Shown piece after piece: positions 62,636 through 64,000 of a stretch of DNA of 64,000 bases (position 1 is the stretch's first letter; the number at the start of each line of letters is the position of its first letter). A program made the translations under genes and the position numbers. Source of the DNA: Actinomycetota bacterium (GTDB lineage Bacteria; Actinomycetota; CADDZG01; WHSQ01); the NCBI GenBank assembly GCA_035536775.1, contig DATLNM010000037.1, positions 28,526 through 92,525 on the forward strand. The letters are read 5' to 3'. A model generated the notes under the pieces. That model was given only the letters and a program-made list of their open reading frames with translations. It had not been told where the DNA came from and made no database searches.

Positions 62636-64000
62636 CTACTCATGCGGACCGATGTCGCGAACGTCGCCTTTACGCCTCGTCGCACCCGTCGTATCAAGCC
62701 ACTCGCACAAGGGCACCGCGTACTTCCTGGTCGTGTCGAGCAGATCGCGGATCTGTGCGACCGTCATCGGACCTTCGGTAGCGATCGCGCTGCGCACCAT
62801 CGCTCGAGCTCGCCCTGCCTGCGCCGCTGTGAGGTAGAAGCCGCCGACCGGGACGAGCTCTCCCGCAGTCACTAGAGCCCGTACGAGGTCTCTCGGCGCG
62901 TCCAGCTCTGACGCCAGCGGGGGGCTGAAGCCGCTCTGTTCGATCCGATCCAAAAGCCTGGTGCGTGCCGCAGATGCGTCTGGATCGAGGATGACTTGGT
63001 GCGATCGCGTCCGCACGACTGTCGTATCCGCGATGATCTCGGGGATCGCTCCGATGAGCGCGTCGAATGTTTCGGGATCGATGTCCAGGGTCCCGCGGAG
63101 CCCTTCGCGTTGCATTCCGAGGTCAAGGGGCCGGTCTGCATGATGGGCGTTCAAGATCCTCAACGTGTCTTCGCGGAGGTGTTTGAAGCGCGTTCGCGAG
63201 AAGACGGACGAGCCGAGGATGTGTGCCCCTTCGGGTGCGCGATCGAGACCTGACCGAAAGAGAGCATCGGTGAGTGCGATCGCGCCCTCCGCTTCCACGA
63301 CCGCGTTGAACGCCGCGTGCGGGGTCGCTCCCCAGAGATCGCCGAGGAGGTCGAGGCGCCAGGGATCGTTCATACGAGTCCGTGACGGTGCGGGATCGAG
63401 CACCACGCCGCCGCCGAACGTCAGCACGCGGCCTGCGTCGCGCAACACGAAACGGTCTCCCCGCTCGAGCGGCAGTGGATCGCGCAAACGGAGTTGGGCG
63501 AAGCCTTCGGTCCCCGAGGTCAATTCGGACATGCCGAGAAGTCTGATGGTCACGGGCGTCTCCGCAGATCCCGTATAGAGGATGTGCGCGCCTCTGTCGG
63601 TTAGCCGGTGATCGTGACCCGATATGTCTCTTGGAAGCACCCTGAGGGTGACGTCGACGCGCTGCGTCGCGCGCCACTCCCCCGGTCGCGCGATCGCGTC
63701 TCCTCGCTGTGCACTCCACTTGGGCAGTCCGGCGAGGTTCAAGGCGACGCGGTGACCCGGCTCGACCTCATCTACGTAGCGCTTGTGGGTCTGGATCCTT
63801 CGGATGCGAGCGCGCAGGCCCCGGGGGGCGATCTCAACCTCTTCGCCCCCGGTCAGGCGTCCACCGGCCAGCGTCCCAGTCACCACCGTGCCCGCACCGA
63901 TGATCGTGAAGACCCGATCGACCCACAGGCGGGGACGATCGACATCTCGAACTGGCGGAGCTGCGGCGACGACGCGGTCGAGGGTTTCGACGAGCTCCTC
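62636..64000 (-). CDS. selB: Selenocysteine-specific translation elongation factor SelB (GTPase domain lies beyond the window end)
   Basis: The frame is open to base 64000 (..DRPRLWVDRVFTIIGAGTVVTGTLAGG.. is domain II). The C-terminal winged-helix repeats end in MTVAQIRDLLDTTRKYAVPLCEWLDTTGATRRKGDVR. Confidence 0.88.
   Translation of the reverse strand, partial: EELVETLDRVVAAAPPVRDVDRPRLWVDRVFTIIGAGTVVTGTLAGGRLTGGEEVEIAPRGLRARIRRIQTHKRYVDEVEPGHRVALNLAGLPKWSAQRGDAIARPGEWRATQRVDVTLRVLPRDISGHDHRLTDRGAHILYTGSAETPVTIRLLGMSELTSGTEGFAQLRLRDPLPLERGDRFVLRDAGRVLTFGGGVVLDPAPSRTRMNDPWRLDLLGDLWGATPHAAFNAVVEAEGAIALTDALFRSGLDRAPEGAHILGSSVFSRTRFKHLREDTLRILNAHHADRPLDLGMQREGLRGTLDIDPETFDALIGAIPEIIADTTVVRTRSHQVILDPDASAARTRLLDRIEQSGFSPPLASELDAPRDLVRALVTAGELVPVGGFYLTAAQAGRARAMVRSAIATEGPMTVAQIRDLLDTTRKYAVPLCEWLDTTGATRRKGDVRDIGPHE

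Overview
This is a gene-dense, high-GC chromosomal window that looks like Actinomycetota. All calls rest on reading the sequence and recognising motifs by eye; no searches were run.

The backbone is conserved housekeeping synteny:
- serS followed by tRNA-Ser
- tRNA-Ser/tRNA-Arg ... tadA-tRNA-Ser
- tRNA-Ser, then ffs-dnaX-ybaB-recR-ask-asd
- a paired ArsA/Get3-like ATPase locus, NfeD-stomatin, and selB at the right edge

Accessory modules sit between these blocks. I count about 70 CDS, 6 tRNAs (four Ser isoacceptors UGA/GCU/CGA/GGA, Arg-ACG, Pro-CGG) and one long, Alu-domain-containing SRP RNA. I saw no rRNA, CRISPR array, transposase or integrase.

Observations most worth a second look:
1. A heavy-metal-type MerR regulator has a textbook MerR promoter (20-nt spacer, 22-bp perfect dyad, apparently leaderless). 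Its stop codon overlaps the ATG of an unannotated 20-codon ORF with 6 Cys (MTTPCDCGPECPCNTATDCC), closed by a perfect hairpin. This is a candidate MerR-controlled mini-metallothionein.
2. A lower-GC module next to tRNA-Arg encodes three secreted proteins (an Asp-box propeller, a 162-aa unknown, and a propeller/Ig protein whose 3' end runs into the tRNA gene) plus a divergent TrmB/LuxR-type regulator.
3. An S15 peptidase is followed by two tandem paralogous secreted proteins of unknown function.
4. A paired ArsA/Get3-like ATPase operon carries an orphan SdhC-like cytochrome b.
5. A single polypeptide has two PQ-loop repeats in a 3+1+3 (7-TM, SWEET-like) layout.
6. A signal-peptide CDS starts 3 nt after a tRNA-Ser gene.
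7. A CAP domain lies in frame directly behind the nhaA TGA stop.

Many long alternative-frame and antisense ORFs in the supplied track are high-GC artefacts and are rejected.
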